A stretch of DNA of 63,644 bases, counting the filler, from Folioceros fuciformis (lineage: Eukaryota): NCBI GenBank assembly GCA_049999805.1. It is 9 parts of 9 records of this genome, joined end to end, with 100 filler letters (N's around TTAATTAATTAA, not from the genome) between each part and the next. Parts side by side here need not be neighbours in the genome. Positions count along the whole stretch, not along the records: positions 22,818 to 36,991 come from JBNGIO010005619.1; 8 more parts are not named here. One strand, written 5' to 3'. The translations under genes were made by a program, and so were the position numbers. The notes under the pieces were generated by a model. The model searched no databases and had not been told where the DNA came from. It was given only the letters and a program-made list of their open reading frames with translations. Position 1 is the first letter of the stretch, and every line of letters begins with the position of its first letter. Shown in pieces: positions 22,818-34,853 of this stretch.

Positions 22818-25489
22818 GTCAGTGGACTTTCGAAGGAGATGAACAAGTATTGTCGACGGGGCACTAAGACAGTGGATGGAGCAATGAAGTTAGCAGAGGA
22901 ATGGGAGTCGGCTGAACTAGGGAGCGCCAAGGACGAGAAGTCGAAAAAGAGAAAGAAGAAGAAACATTCTCGAGGAGTGGACGCCTCATCTTTAGATGAT
23001 TCGAGCTCATCAAAGGATTCTAGCTCGATTGAGAAGGGGAGTGAGAGTGATTCAGACACAGAGACGACATCTGCAAGTGAGTCCGAAAAGACCTACAACC
23101 GTAGGTTGAAGCGAGATTTGGCTAAGGCCCGTAGGAGGAGGGAGGAGCTTGAGCGAGATGCGAAGGACAAGGGAGCACGGCAAAGTCATTCAGGAAAGGC
23201 GTCAAAAGATAGTAGTATGTTGGAGCAAATTGACACCTTAACTAAGCGACTCGCGGAGTTGGAGGTTAAAGCCCTCAAAAGCCACACTCCACGCCCATCT
23301 CCCTCACCAGGTAGGCAGCAAGTATATTGCTCGATTTGCCATCAATCAGGGCACACACATCGTGAGTGCACACGGGCTCCAAGACATGTTGTGAACCAAG
23401 TGGAATCCTATGTGCCTGGGGATGATTGGTACGTGGACGAGGCCTACCAAGTTCAAGCCGTGACAGGAGGGAGACCGCCCTAGTCGATGCGACCTACCTA
23501 CCAACCAGCTGCACCTCCTGCCATAAGGTATGGGAACCAGCCCAGTTCGCCAGGGCCATGGAGACCAGATTCATCGCAACGACCTCTCTCGGTGCCAGCA
23601 GGATGTTGCTATAACCGCGGGGTACCCGGACATTATGCAGGTGATTGTACTGAGCCTTGGCGGCAAATGGGATATGTTCCCTTCTGCCAAGTCTGCAAGG
23701 AATTGGGACATAAGGCTAGGGATGCACGATGTAGTGGTGTCAATCGAACAATCCCTATGAGACCAGGGGTCTGTTTTGCGGAGCCACCAGTAGAGACACA
23801 ACCCGCTAAAACAAAGACGGCCATCACGGTCACATCCACTCCAGTCCTTATGGTGGAGACGGAGACATTGGGGGACCTTAAGCCTTCGGTAGCGTCTACT
23901 GAACTTGGTTACGAAGGGGAAACGAGCGATGGGGCGGAGGAAATGGTAGCCCGAGTAACCACCCGTGCCGAACGTCGGGAGAAGGATCGGCGGTTGGAGA
24001 AACGAAGAGACCGAGAGGAGCGACAACGAAAGAAGAAGTCACAAAAGCCATCCAACGGAATGAGTGAACTTGGGGCAACTGTACCCCCATCATCTTCCCC
24101 AAATGGTAGGGAGCCCACTCCACAACTAAGCGAGATGTTGGAAGACGTCAGAACGGGTGTTCAGGAGGAAGGACCCCTTACCTTCCCTCCTAACATTAGT
24201 AGGGAGGTTGTAGACATGTTGGAAGGTGAGTTACGGAGACTTGCAAACTGTGTAGGGAGAAAGGATCCCTCCCTACCTAATGAGGTAATTGAGAAGGAGA
24301 AGGAAGATGGGGTACACGAACATTCCTCTGAGGTGAGAGCTGGAAATGATCAATCTCAAGGAGACATTGGGGAGCAAGTTGCCACAACTGCAAGGACCTT
24401 ACTAGACACCGAATTTGTGATTAGCTTAAGGCAATTGCTGGCAGCTAGTCCGAAGTCTAGGAAGATTGTGAAGGAGGTCATTTGTAACATACCCACCGCA
24501 GCCCTTCTACATGAAGCCATTGTAGCAGAGGTGGATGTAGTACGGACAGCTGATTTAGGAGCTCCTGAGGTTGAGATAGAGATTGCTGGATGCTTAGTAC
24601 AGGGGGTTCCGCTTGACACTAGGTCAAGGGTCAACTTGATGACAGAAGAAACGGCAAAGCGGCTTGGATTCACAACCTTCCACCCATCCCAAGTTTACTT
24701 ACGCATGGCAGACCAAACGCGGAGGTGACCCTTGGGAGTTTTGAAGCAGGTACCTACCATTATTGGAGGGATTCCCTACCCACTTGACTATTTGGTGATC
24801 AGACCTGTTTCAGAGTTGGGATACAAGGTGTTGATTGGAAGACCCTGGCTCTACGAGACAGCTTGTGTCTTTGACTTTGGGCGACAAGCTATTCGTTTCA
24901 AGGACCATGAGGGGCAAGTTAGGAGAGCTTCGTATGTTTCTTGGAAGAAAACTCCACATGGGGGGGAAACTCCTCCCCCTACAGATGGGTACACCTCAGG
25001 CAGTCAAGAAGGGAGTATATCGGAGAGTGACCAAGGGTACACGGGGTGGAATTTTGGAAGTAAGGAGATGATGGAAGATGGCTCTTGCTTTCACGTGGAT
25101 ACTGAGGCAGGATTTGCTCATCCATATGAGGGGGCAAGAGTGAGCCAAGGAAGCAATCCTGAGGGGACCTACGTGGATTCTGACGCTGTAGAGAGATTGG
25201 AGTTAGCACCAGGGAAGGTAGTGAAGATCTCCAAATACTTGAGCCCTGCGGAGAAGGAAGCCTTCCGAAGCTTACGGACAGAGTATCTTGATGTCTTTGC
25301 CTTTAAAATCACTGACATGATTGGGATCCCTGAGGAATTGGGCGTGCACCGGATTGACTTGAGGGAAGGGAGCACTCCCATCCGAGTCAAACAATACCGT
25401 TTGAATCTCAAATACTCCATGGTAGTGAAGGAGCAGCTGGACCCGTATTTGGAAGCAGGGGTGATATGTCCTATTCTGAACAGCGAGTG
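22818..25489 (+). mobile_element. Ty3/gypsy gag-protease-RT start, decayed, interrupted by copia A
   Basis: Three CCHC-like knuckles; protease LDT(R)S...LIGRPWL; RT entry YLDVFA...HRIDL...LEAGVICP...SE. Same frame with stops at 23481 and 24726. Confidence 0.92.
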
Positions 25490-25697
25490 AGTTAGAATAT
25501 AAGGCAGACCACGTGGTTCTGTATCACGTTGGTTAGTCTAACTAGACCTAGTTATAAGTGCAGTTAGTTAACTGGCAGGCTAGTTATAGGACGCACCCCT
25601 TCGTAAACCGCTATTTAAGGCCTACCTTTGTATCCACCTATTTAGTTGCTATTAGATCATCTTTTATGCATCTGCTTCCACATTAGCAATTCTAACT
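25490..25697 (+). repeat. 5' LTR of copia A (208 bp, AG...CT termini)
   Basis: Matches 3347-3548 and abuts the PBS directly. Confidence 0.93.
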
Positions 25698-26212
25698 TGG
25701 TATCAGAGCTACGGCTCACATGGTTACTGATCATGGCTAGAAAGATGCTGTTGAGTTTGCGCAAGAACTCTGGGGAGATCTGCGTAAGATGGGGAGATCT
25801 CTGGATCTCTTAGGATGTTTAATAGAAAGTTGCTTCTAATTAAATCTGCAAATCAACAGGTTTAGATTAGAGTAGCAAGCTTCTCTATACATTCTACTTT
25901 CAGAATAGAACGTTCTGATATAAAAATCCACGAAAATGATACCGTTGATCGGTCCCCCACCTCAATATTGATCCTACCCCTAGGCACTCAACTTCAGAGT
26001 TTTGATGTGGAGCGGGTTACTTACCCGACTCATACCTCAGCACGTTATACATCTGGTTTGGTATAAAGATATGAAGAGGCAAACGCCGTAAAAATGACTT
26101 TAATTTTCGTAGAGAGGCTCGCGGCCTCTCCCTCTTTGCGCTTCGTTCACATGCGCGACGCGAGACAATTGTCGCGGGGGCAATTCTTGTCAATCTCTCC
26201 AATCAGATCACC

Positions 26213-27226
26213 ATGGCAAGAACTCGCAAGAGATCTCAACGTCCAGGTTCACGGTCTCAGAGGCAAATTGGGCCTCAACCTAACAGAATTGCAAGGGATC
26301 AGGCATCCGGCCGATGTCCAATCTTCGGAATTCTGAATCCTCCCAGGGAATTGCAGGCCCTGTCTTCTTCTGATCAGATCGCAATTTGGCTCTCTGCCCA
26401 TGGCTGGCTACATGGAATCCAGGCCTCTGTACCTCTCTCAAATTCGCTTGAGATTGCTGCTTCTAGGCCTGAGATTGCCCAGAATTGCCCTTGCTTCAGT
26501 CCAGATTGCACACACAGGAATCCCAGATTGTTTGCTCTTCAGGTAGGAGCTCGCCAGGTGGATCTGGCAGCAGGGGGAGCACGATCCTTTCCCAACCACA
26601 ATTCTTTGCAGGAGGTGCAGGTTCAGGGAGAGGCCTCCCACATCACCGCAGCGCGTGAGGATGCCCTCGCAATGCGCGGAACGGCGCGGGGGTCCGAACC
26701 GGTGCCCCCGCCCGGTCGTTACGGACCGGTTCATTATGAACCGGTGCCCGTGACCGGGTGTGCACCGGTTCATAACTGAACCGGCAAACTTAATGCCGGT
26801 TCGAGCCCGGACCTGACCTATCCCTCCTCGGATCTAACTAATCCTTACTTTTCTAAGAATTCTGGTTTTCAAGACTTTGCTGGTGGCCTTTCTACACATA
26901 ATACAGCCTCTCAACAATTGATCTCCGCGCCTGTTGGACCAGCTCTTGTGAAAATCGAATCGGACTCTTCGCTACCTCCACATCGCGGATTGGCCATCCG
27001 AGTTGTTCCTCCCAAGCGCTCTCTGGCAGAAGTTTATGCTTCGTGTGGTGATCCTCTTGGATCCACTGCTCCTCCGGCTCGGCGGGATAGACTTTTGGCT
27101 CTCTGGCAATCGGTGGCCAACGCCAACGAAGACCTTCTTAACTTGGCAACCCAAATTCAAGAATTTCAAGGGCTTGACCTAAGTTCCGAGAGTACTGAAG
27201 TCACCGAGCCCTCCTCCTCTCCCTAG
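26213..27226 (+). pseudogene. 337-codon accessory ORF of copia A (MART N-terminus), one internal TGA
   Basis: ORFs 26213-26779 and 26918-27226 share a frame and the interval between them is stop-free. The single TGA at 26777 is compatible with CGA>TGA. Confidence 0.7.
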
Positions 27227-30200
27227 ATCACTTGCAGCAAGGGAGGAATTATGACGGTTGGATCCTAAAATACAAGTGGTAATATATTTATTATATTAAT
27301 CTCGTGCTTTGTACTTACCTCGTACACTCGGCATTGTGTCACAACATATCGTCGGCTTACGCGTTGAAGTCAAATTCACAAGAAATGTCAGGCGCTTCTA
27401 GCTCTGGGTCAGGGTTAGGTACTGGTGACGGGTTCTACGTGTCTCCACTTTGGCAAGGCTCCAGACCCCCGTCACCACCCATGGGTGGACCCCTGATTAT
27501 CCCACCATCTTCACCCCCGGGTGGGCCGTTGGGTAACCCACCACCCCCACCTCCCTGTGGCCCAGCGGCCCACTGCCGCCTCTACCCACTGTAGGACCTC
27601 AACCTTACTTCAACATCGTTAATATCAATACTGACTTTAAGGAACAGGATAGATTTAACGGTACGAAGTTTGAGGTGTGGTCTAAGCGCATGAAGACTGC
27701 CTTAAACACCCGGGACCTTCTTCCAATCGTGGAAGGAACCATCCCCAAGCCCATTGGTAATCCGGTTGCCCTTGATGCTTGGATTCGTCAAGATCGCCAG
27801 GCCATGCAGATGTTGATCTCTGGTCTTGACGAGGTTACCTTACATCACATTGATGGTGCGTCCACGTCAGCTGAAGCTTGGAAGCAAATCACTGATATCT
27901 ATCAGTCCACTAACGTGATGACGTTGGTCACTGTACGCTTAGAGTTTTATTCTTTGCGTATTGGCCCTACTAACAGCGTTGCTCAACACGTTAGTAAGTT
28001 TCGATATTTGCAAGCCCAGCTTGCTGCTCCAGGGACCACCATCACAGAATTTGAAGCTGCTGTTCAGTTATTGGCTAGCCTCGCGGCTAGCTACCAAACC
28101 TTTGTCTCCTCACAAAATCAGACGGTGAGAAATGCACATCAGGCTGTGCAGTTGGGTATGGTACCCAACATCACCGTGTCGGAGATCGCTGGAGCCCTCC
28201 TTCAAGAGGAGACTGCCAGGTTCAATGTCGAGACTTCAAAACGTGGAGGAGACCGGGTTATGTTCGTCGCCAAAGGACGTCAACAACAGCGTAAGAATTT
28301 TACTAAACCTAAAAACAGGAACACTTCCCAAGGTTCCGACAAGCCTGCTTCCTCAGCTGGCTCTTCTACCAAGACTCCCAAGCGACAAGGCACGTGCAAT
28401 TGGTGCCAAACGCCAGGTCACTAGGAGCGGGAGTGCAGGAAGAAGCAAGCTGGTGAGGCCAAGCGAGAGCACCGTACGGCCAACTCGGCTACTGTCTCGA
28501 CTAAGGCCAAGAATCCTTCTTAACCTGGAATTGCTCTCACTGTTTGTCTTGTGGCATTTGAGCACAGTCAGTCATGGCTGATTGATTCTGCTGCGTCCGC
28601 GCACATCTGCAGTCACAAGACCCTGTTCACGAAGTATGAGGCGGTTGCTGACATTCAGCGCTTTGTTCTTCTCGGAGATGAGTCTGGTCTTTCCATTGTG
28701 GGGATTGGCTCCGTCGCCTTCACTCTGGCTGACGGCTCCCTCATGGTGCTTTCTCATGTTTTACATGTTCCCCAGATGGCCAAGAACCTCATCTCTATTC
28801 GACAACTTGTCAAGGACGGCTCCTTTCGCCTCGAGTTTGGTTTTGGCGATTGTCTTCTATATCGGTCATCTAACCCTTGTGTGGTTGTTGCTAGAGGTCG
28901 TCCGCGTCATGACTTGTATGTCTTCACAGGCCAGCCCGTGCTTCCGGCGGCTGCCTCTCTGGTGGTTCCCTCTCACGGTGACCAGCCTTCAAGGAGATCC
29001 CACCCTGGTGACGCTCTCCTTTGGCATTGTCGGCTTGGACATCTAAATCCAGCCAGGCTATTGGCCACAACTCAGCAGGACTTGTATCGCGATAAGCTTC
29101 CAGAAATATTCTCAACACCTCCTCTTTGCGAAGCTTGTGTGCCTGCAAAACAAAGAAGTTCTCCTTATCCTTCTCTTCCTGCTAGTCGGTCCACTGCGCC
29201 TCTTGATCTGGTCCACGTAGACCTATGTGGTCCTCTCCCTGTTGCGTCTGTAGGCGGGGCTAACCACTTTATGACTGTCGTTGATGACTTCAGTCGATAT
29301 AAGTTTGCGTTTCCCATCCATCTTAAGAGTGACTCGTTTAATGTGTTCTCACCCTTTGTTGCTATGGCCGAGTTACAGACTAGCCGTAAACTTTGATGTA
29401 TTTGGTCCGACAATGCGGGAGAACTCAACAACCATCAGTTTTGCGACTTCTGCGTGCAACTCGGTATCTTGCGTCAGTTCACTGTTCCATACACCTCTGA
29501 GCCGAATGGCGTGGCCGAGAAGTCTAACGGCGATTTGATGTCCATGGCTCGTGCCATGCTGACTCAGTCTCAGCTGCCCAAGTCCTTCTGGGCTGAGGCT
29601 GTGTCTACTGCGGCATACATTAAGAATAGGGTCCTTACTAAGGCGGTTTCGGGCCGTACACCCTACGAGTGCTGGCATGGGAGCAAGCCTCTAATTTCAC
29701 ATCTTCGTGTTTTTGGCTGCCCTGCCTATGCTCTTGTCCCTTCGCAACACCGCGCCAAGCTTGATGCTCGTGCTCGGAAGCTGGTCTTTGTGGGCTATGG
29801 TGATGATCGCAAAGCCTACAAGCTCGTGGACATCGCCACTTGGACTCTAATCTATGCGCGCACTGTCACCTTTGATGAAGCCAAGATAGTGCCTGCTCTC
29901 AAGACGTCCTTGGAGCTTCCTCCTGATGTCTCTGATGGTGCTTCCTCTGGCTCAAGCACTCCCCGCTCCCCTGGTGACATCTCTCTTGAGCACATTGTTC
30001 AGCCCTTTACTTTTCCGGCTGTTGGTGTTCCTCCTCCTCCTCCTGTGGCTCCTATCCCTCAAGCAGGTCCGGTGCTGCCAGTTGCTGGTCTTGCTCCTCA
30101 CATGCAGCCCGCTCCTGCGCCCCTTGTTCCTGCTCGAGAGGGGGACATGGAGATAGACCACGAGGCAGTAGCGGAGGACCCTCCTATGGAACAAGGTGAT

Positions 30201-31876
30201 GTTGAACATGTTGGTTTTGATCAAGTGGTGCCCCATGATATTCCTCCATCCCCTCCTAGGCCATTGACTGCTCCCGAGCGTAGATATCCCACTCGTGTGC
30301 GTCAGCCTAGGCATCTCTAGAAGGACCTACCATTTGACATTGAGTTTAATCAAACTCACTTAACCTATGGTGATTCTATGGATGCTCTCTATGCCTTAAG
30401 TGTTGCTGTTGCTAAGGGAGATCCTTTAACCTTACAGGAGGCTTACTCCAAACCTGAGGCAGCTAAATGGAAGCTGGCCGTCGATGATGAGTATAACTCA
30501 TTAATCAAAAGCAATACCTGGTCTCTTGTCAGCCTGCCCAAAGGTAGAACTACCGTCAAATGCAAATGGGTTCTTAAGACTAAGTTCCAGGAAGTTGAGC
30601 CTAGAATCCGCTACAAAGCGAGATTAGTGGCTAAGGGGTATAGTCAGAAAGAGGGAGTTGATTATCAAGGCGATAAGGTCTACTCACCCGTAGTTAAAGC
30701 TGCGCCCGTAAGGATGCTCCTTGCTTTATGTGCTGAACTAAACTTAGAGATTTATCAGCTAGATGTGTGCACGGCCTTTCTCTATGGTCATTTACAGGAA
30801 GAGATCTACATGGATCAGCTTGAGGACTACGTAGACAAGGCGTGCCCACACAAGGTGTGTAAACTCAATCGATCCATTTATGGACTCAAGTAGAGCCCAC
30901 GTTTGTGGTATGAAAGGATGGACTCTTATCTCAAAAAAATAGGGTTTGTCCAAAGTGAAGCTGACACTAACATCTATGTTCTACGCAAGGATAGCTCTCT
31001 TGTGCTAGTCGCTCTCTATGTGGATGACTTGGTCATTCCAGGGAACAACGTAGACCTAGTCAACAAGATCAAGGCTGACCTCAGCAGGGAATTCGAGATG
31101 AAGGACCTGGGAAAGGTTAAGTATATCCTTGGCATGCATGTACACAAAGATAGTACAGGTGCTATTTACCTTCACTAGGGTAGATACGTAGCTGGTATGC
31201 TCAAACGCTTCAACATGGAGAATGCAAGGGCGTTAACCACACCAGGTGCCTCTGGCGTCAAGCTCTCTTCTGCCTCATGTCCACAATCTAAAGAAGACAA
31301 GAAAGAAATGGAGAATATCCCTTACCATATGGCCGTAGGTACTCTTATGTTCTTGAGTAATCAAACAAGGCCCGATATCTCCAACACTGTAAATGCAGTT
31401 GCTCAGTTCTCTGAGAACCCAGGAAAGGTTCACTGGATAGCCCTCAAGCGTATCATGAGGTACCTCAAGGGTACACCCAATTATGGTCTTTGCTATAAAC
31501 CTAGCGGGAATAAGCGTCTGCAACTCACTTGCTACGTAGATGCAAATTGGGCTTCTGACGCTGATACCCGCAAAAGTATATCAGCCTTTTGCTTTCTCGC
31601 CAGCTCCTCCGTAGTTAACTGGTCTTGTAGAAAACAAGCAGCCATCTCTTTATCTTCCAAGAGTCAGAGTACAAGGCACTCACCGAAGCTACAAAGGAGG
31701 CTGAATGGGAAAGGAAGCTATGCGAAGACTTGGGTATGAAGCAGGAAGGGCCAACTATTTTGCATTGTGATAACATGTCAGCAATTGCTTTGGTTGCTAA
31801 CCCCGTCTTCCATGCACGCACCAAGCATGTAGAGATACAACATCATTATATCAGGGATGCTGCTGAGAGAGGTATC

Positions 31877-31878
<2 letters not shown>

Positions 31879-31925
<47 letters not shown>
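31879..31925 (+). repeat. A47 homopolymer
   Basis: 47 consecutive A between copia RNase H and a LINE fragment. Confidence 0.97.
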
Positions 31926-31926
<1 letters not shown>

Positions 31927-33546
31927 CCAAGATGAAAGTTTTGCATGCTCAATGGGTTGTCAGGGCAGCGGATCCAGCATACTACCCTTGGAAGAGTCTG
32001 CTAACACGGCACTTGGACGGCACCCAAGTTGTCCCCAGGGGTAGGAGGTCTACTGACAACATTCAGGCTGACAAACCGCTACTTGATACTGTAGGATGCT
32101 CCCCGCTCTTTAAGTCCATCTGGAACAGTTTCTTTGAGGTCAAACATTATCTTATCCTGAGCACCTTCTCTCATGTGGATGATGTTCTGGGCATTCCTCT
32201 ACAGGGCTTCTCGAGGTCATGGGTACGGGAGTTCAGGTCAAGGGTATATCAGTCACAAATTTTTGGGCTGGCTTGTCGCAAAGGCATTATCCAGCTTGGG
32301 CATTTATCGAATAGATCAAAGTCCCACTGGAAGGAGGTGGAAGAGGTCAGAAGGGAGTTTGGCGTAGGGGCCCGGCATGTCAGACTCATATTCTCATGGT
32401 TGCACGAGGGGCTAGAGGAAAAGGTGCATCAGATCCTAAGGCAACAACCTACCATAGGCGAGGAAGGGTGGTAAAGCAAAGGTTTGCCCCTCTGATAAAG
32501 CAAAGGTTGTGTGCTGGTTCCGATTAGGTGAAAACTGAGCTCTGACCTTCAGACCAGATGTCTACAGGTGGCCCAAGTGTCTGGGGTGCAAGAAGGCTAC
32601 TTCTCGATCTTTTTTCAACTTTCCAACGGCGGACCTTTTCCTTTGGTTGGTGCTAGCGCAGAAAATCAAGCAAAGACAACCAATGGCTCCCCGACTACAG
32701 TTAGCTGGACGACACTAAAAGGAAGCCATCAAGCTCCTATGGAACTCCGTAGGAGTCCCTCCCAAGGTCAAGTCTACAGTTTGGTGTTTCTTTCAAGCAT
32801 GTTTGCCTAATGCAGGTCGTTGGGATGGGCTTCTAGTTGCAACGGGGGAGGATGTGTGTCGATTGTGCACCGCTAGTGCCCCGAACAAGAGTCAACACAT
32901 GTTCTTCACTGCTGCTTTCCCCAAGAGATCTGGGGGGAGGTGGGCAGGTGGCTTCAATTGATTTTTCTTGGAGCTAACCTCAGGATCACGAGTCAATCAG
33001 CCTTATTTGGGCTGGACGCAGCCTCGGGCAAACCTCTCCTGAAGGCCCAATGGTGGGGCTTACTGTGGTCCTCTTGTCTTTTCTATCTCTTGGTCAATTG
33101 GTCCGCAGTGGTCTATGGAGGACAGAAGTCGACATCAGCGAAAGCTTTGTTATGGCGCATATGGATAAATTTATTGATTGCAGCAGAAGCCTTGGAGCAA
33201 TCATGCCGGAAGCAGTTTGAGCGAACAGACTAGAGGATGGCCGGCTTCCTTTCGCCTGGGAAAGATATGGGTTGGAATCACTCGTGCCCCTGGGGAAGGT
33301 GAGTCTTTAGGGTCTTTGAGAGACTTCGAAGTGTGACTATCAGTGGTTTAGGCAAGCGACGTGTACCATAGTGTAGGGGAGCACTCTTTGTGCGCCTTGT
33401 CTTGAGTTTTGGACTTAAGGCTAGTTCTCCCCCCTCTCTTTTGGTGCTGGATATATGTACATTCGTTAGTAGGGGGTTCCCATTGTATTGTAAGTGGGAG
33501 GAGTCTTCCACTCATAATCAGAATTATTTTCTTCGCGAAAAAAAAA
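31926..33546 (+). mobile_element. 5'-truncated L1/Tx1-like LINE, copy 1
   Basis: Post-RT domain KVLHAQWVVR, zf-RVT-like C-x2-C...H, 3' UTR and A9 tail. Homologous to 34854-36800. Confidence 0.85.
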
Positions 33547-34853
33547 TGTTTCTCATGTGCCAACTTTGGCAATGCTTTAGTTAAAAGGTCAACCATATTT
33601 TCTCAGTGGCTGCATGATCTACGATAATCTATGCAATCTGGTATAAAATGATGGGCAATTTCAATGTGCTTACTTCTTGCATGAAAAACTAGATTGTTCG
33701 ATAATGCAATAGCTGATTGATTGTCACACCAAAGTTGAGTTGGTCCTTCATTAAGTTGTTGAAGTCCACTTAAGAAAGATCTAATCCAAATAACCTCTCT
33801 GGCAGCCTGCGTCATAGCACCATATTCTCCTTATGTAGAGGAAAGGCAAATAGTAGAAAGCTTTTTACTAGACCAGGAAATAACTGATCCACCTAAAAAT
33901 TTGCAATAAGTTGCAATACTACGTCTAGTGTCTGGGTCTCCTGCCCCAGTCAGCATCACAGAAGGACATTAATTGTAGGCCATAAGGTTGCTTAGAAAAA
34001 CGGAGACCTTTGCGAGCTGTCCCTTCAAGATATCGAAAAATTCTTTTCACTGCAGTCCAATGTGGCAATCGAGGATTCTCTAAAAATTGACTCACATTGC
34101 TGATTGCACATGTGATATCTAATCTAGTCCAACCTAATAGACAGATTAAACAACCAACACCTTGTCGGTAAGGCTGAAGTGTTATCTCAGCCTTTTCTTC
34201 TATTGTTGTTGGGCATTGTTCCTTAGATAGCTTTTCGCCTGTGGACATAGGTGTGCTCACGGTCCTGCATCCTCCATCTTAAACCTCTGCAGAAGTTGAT
34301 GTACAAAATGCTCTTGATGTATATCAATAGTATTGTTATGAGCATTGAAATGAAATTGTATGCCAAGAGAAAATGACAATGGTTCCAAATCAACCATATC
34401 AAACTTTGCCAAAAGCACTACTTTCACTCATGCCATAATTGTTGGTGAGGTGCAAAATAAAATATTGTCGTCCACCTAAATAGTTAAAATAATAAAATCA
34501 TTGTCTTTCCATGAAAATGTATACGCTTTTGTCAGCTTCTAAGCCTGTGAAACCCAATTCCATTATTAGCAAGGCATGAAACACTTCATTCCAAGCACGA
34601 GAGGATTGTTTAAGGCCATAAATTGTTTTTAAAAGTTTACACACTTTGTTAGGCTCTTTAACATATCCTTCCGGTTGAGCCATGTAAATATCCTCATCTA
34701 AGGTACCATTGAGGACGGCAGTTTTAACATCTAACTAATGTACTAGAAGGTTGTGGTGTGCAACTAAGGCTAGGAGTATTCTTATGGACGTAGACTTGAC
34801 AACTGGGGCAAATGTCTCAATATAATCTAGCCCAGCTATTTGACTATATCCTC
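33547..34853 (-). pseudogene. Copia RT-RNase H fragment, heavily decayed
   Basis: YGLKQSSR, WTAVKRIFRYL, DADWG, FHARSKHIE, LLTKAL. Confidence 0.92.

Larger units (their letters stand above)
25490..31878 (+). mobile_element. Ty1/copia family A, copy 2 (5' LTR to RNase H)
   Basis: LTR 25490-25697, PBS 25698-25709, 1.7-kb leader, and gag-pol from ATG 27385 with all copia domains. Cut off at the A47 tract. Confidence 0.97.

Noticed and set aside
25720-26091. Additional first leader ORF in copia A (MVTDHG...)
   Set aside because: About seven stops in 123 codons, far denser than in gag-pol of the same copy, and no second copy to test.
31730-32044. Poly-lysine protein
   Set aside because: Read-through of RNase H into the A47 tract.
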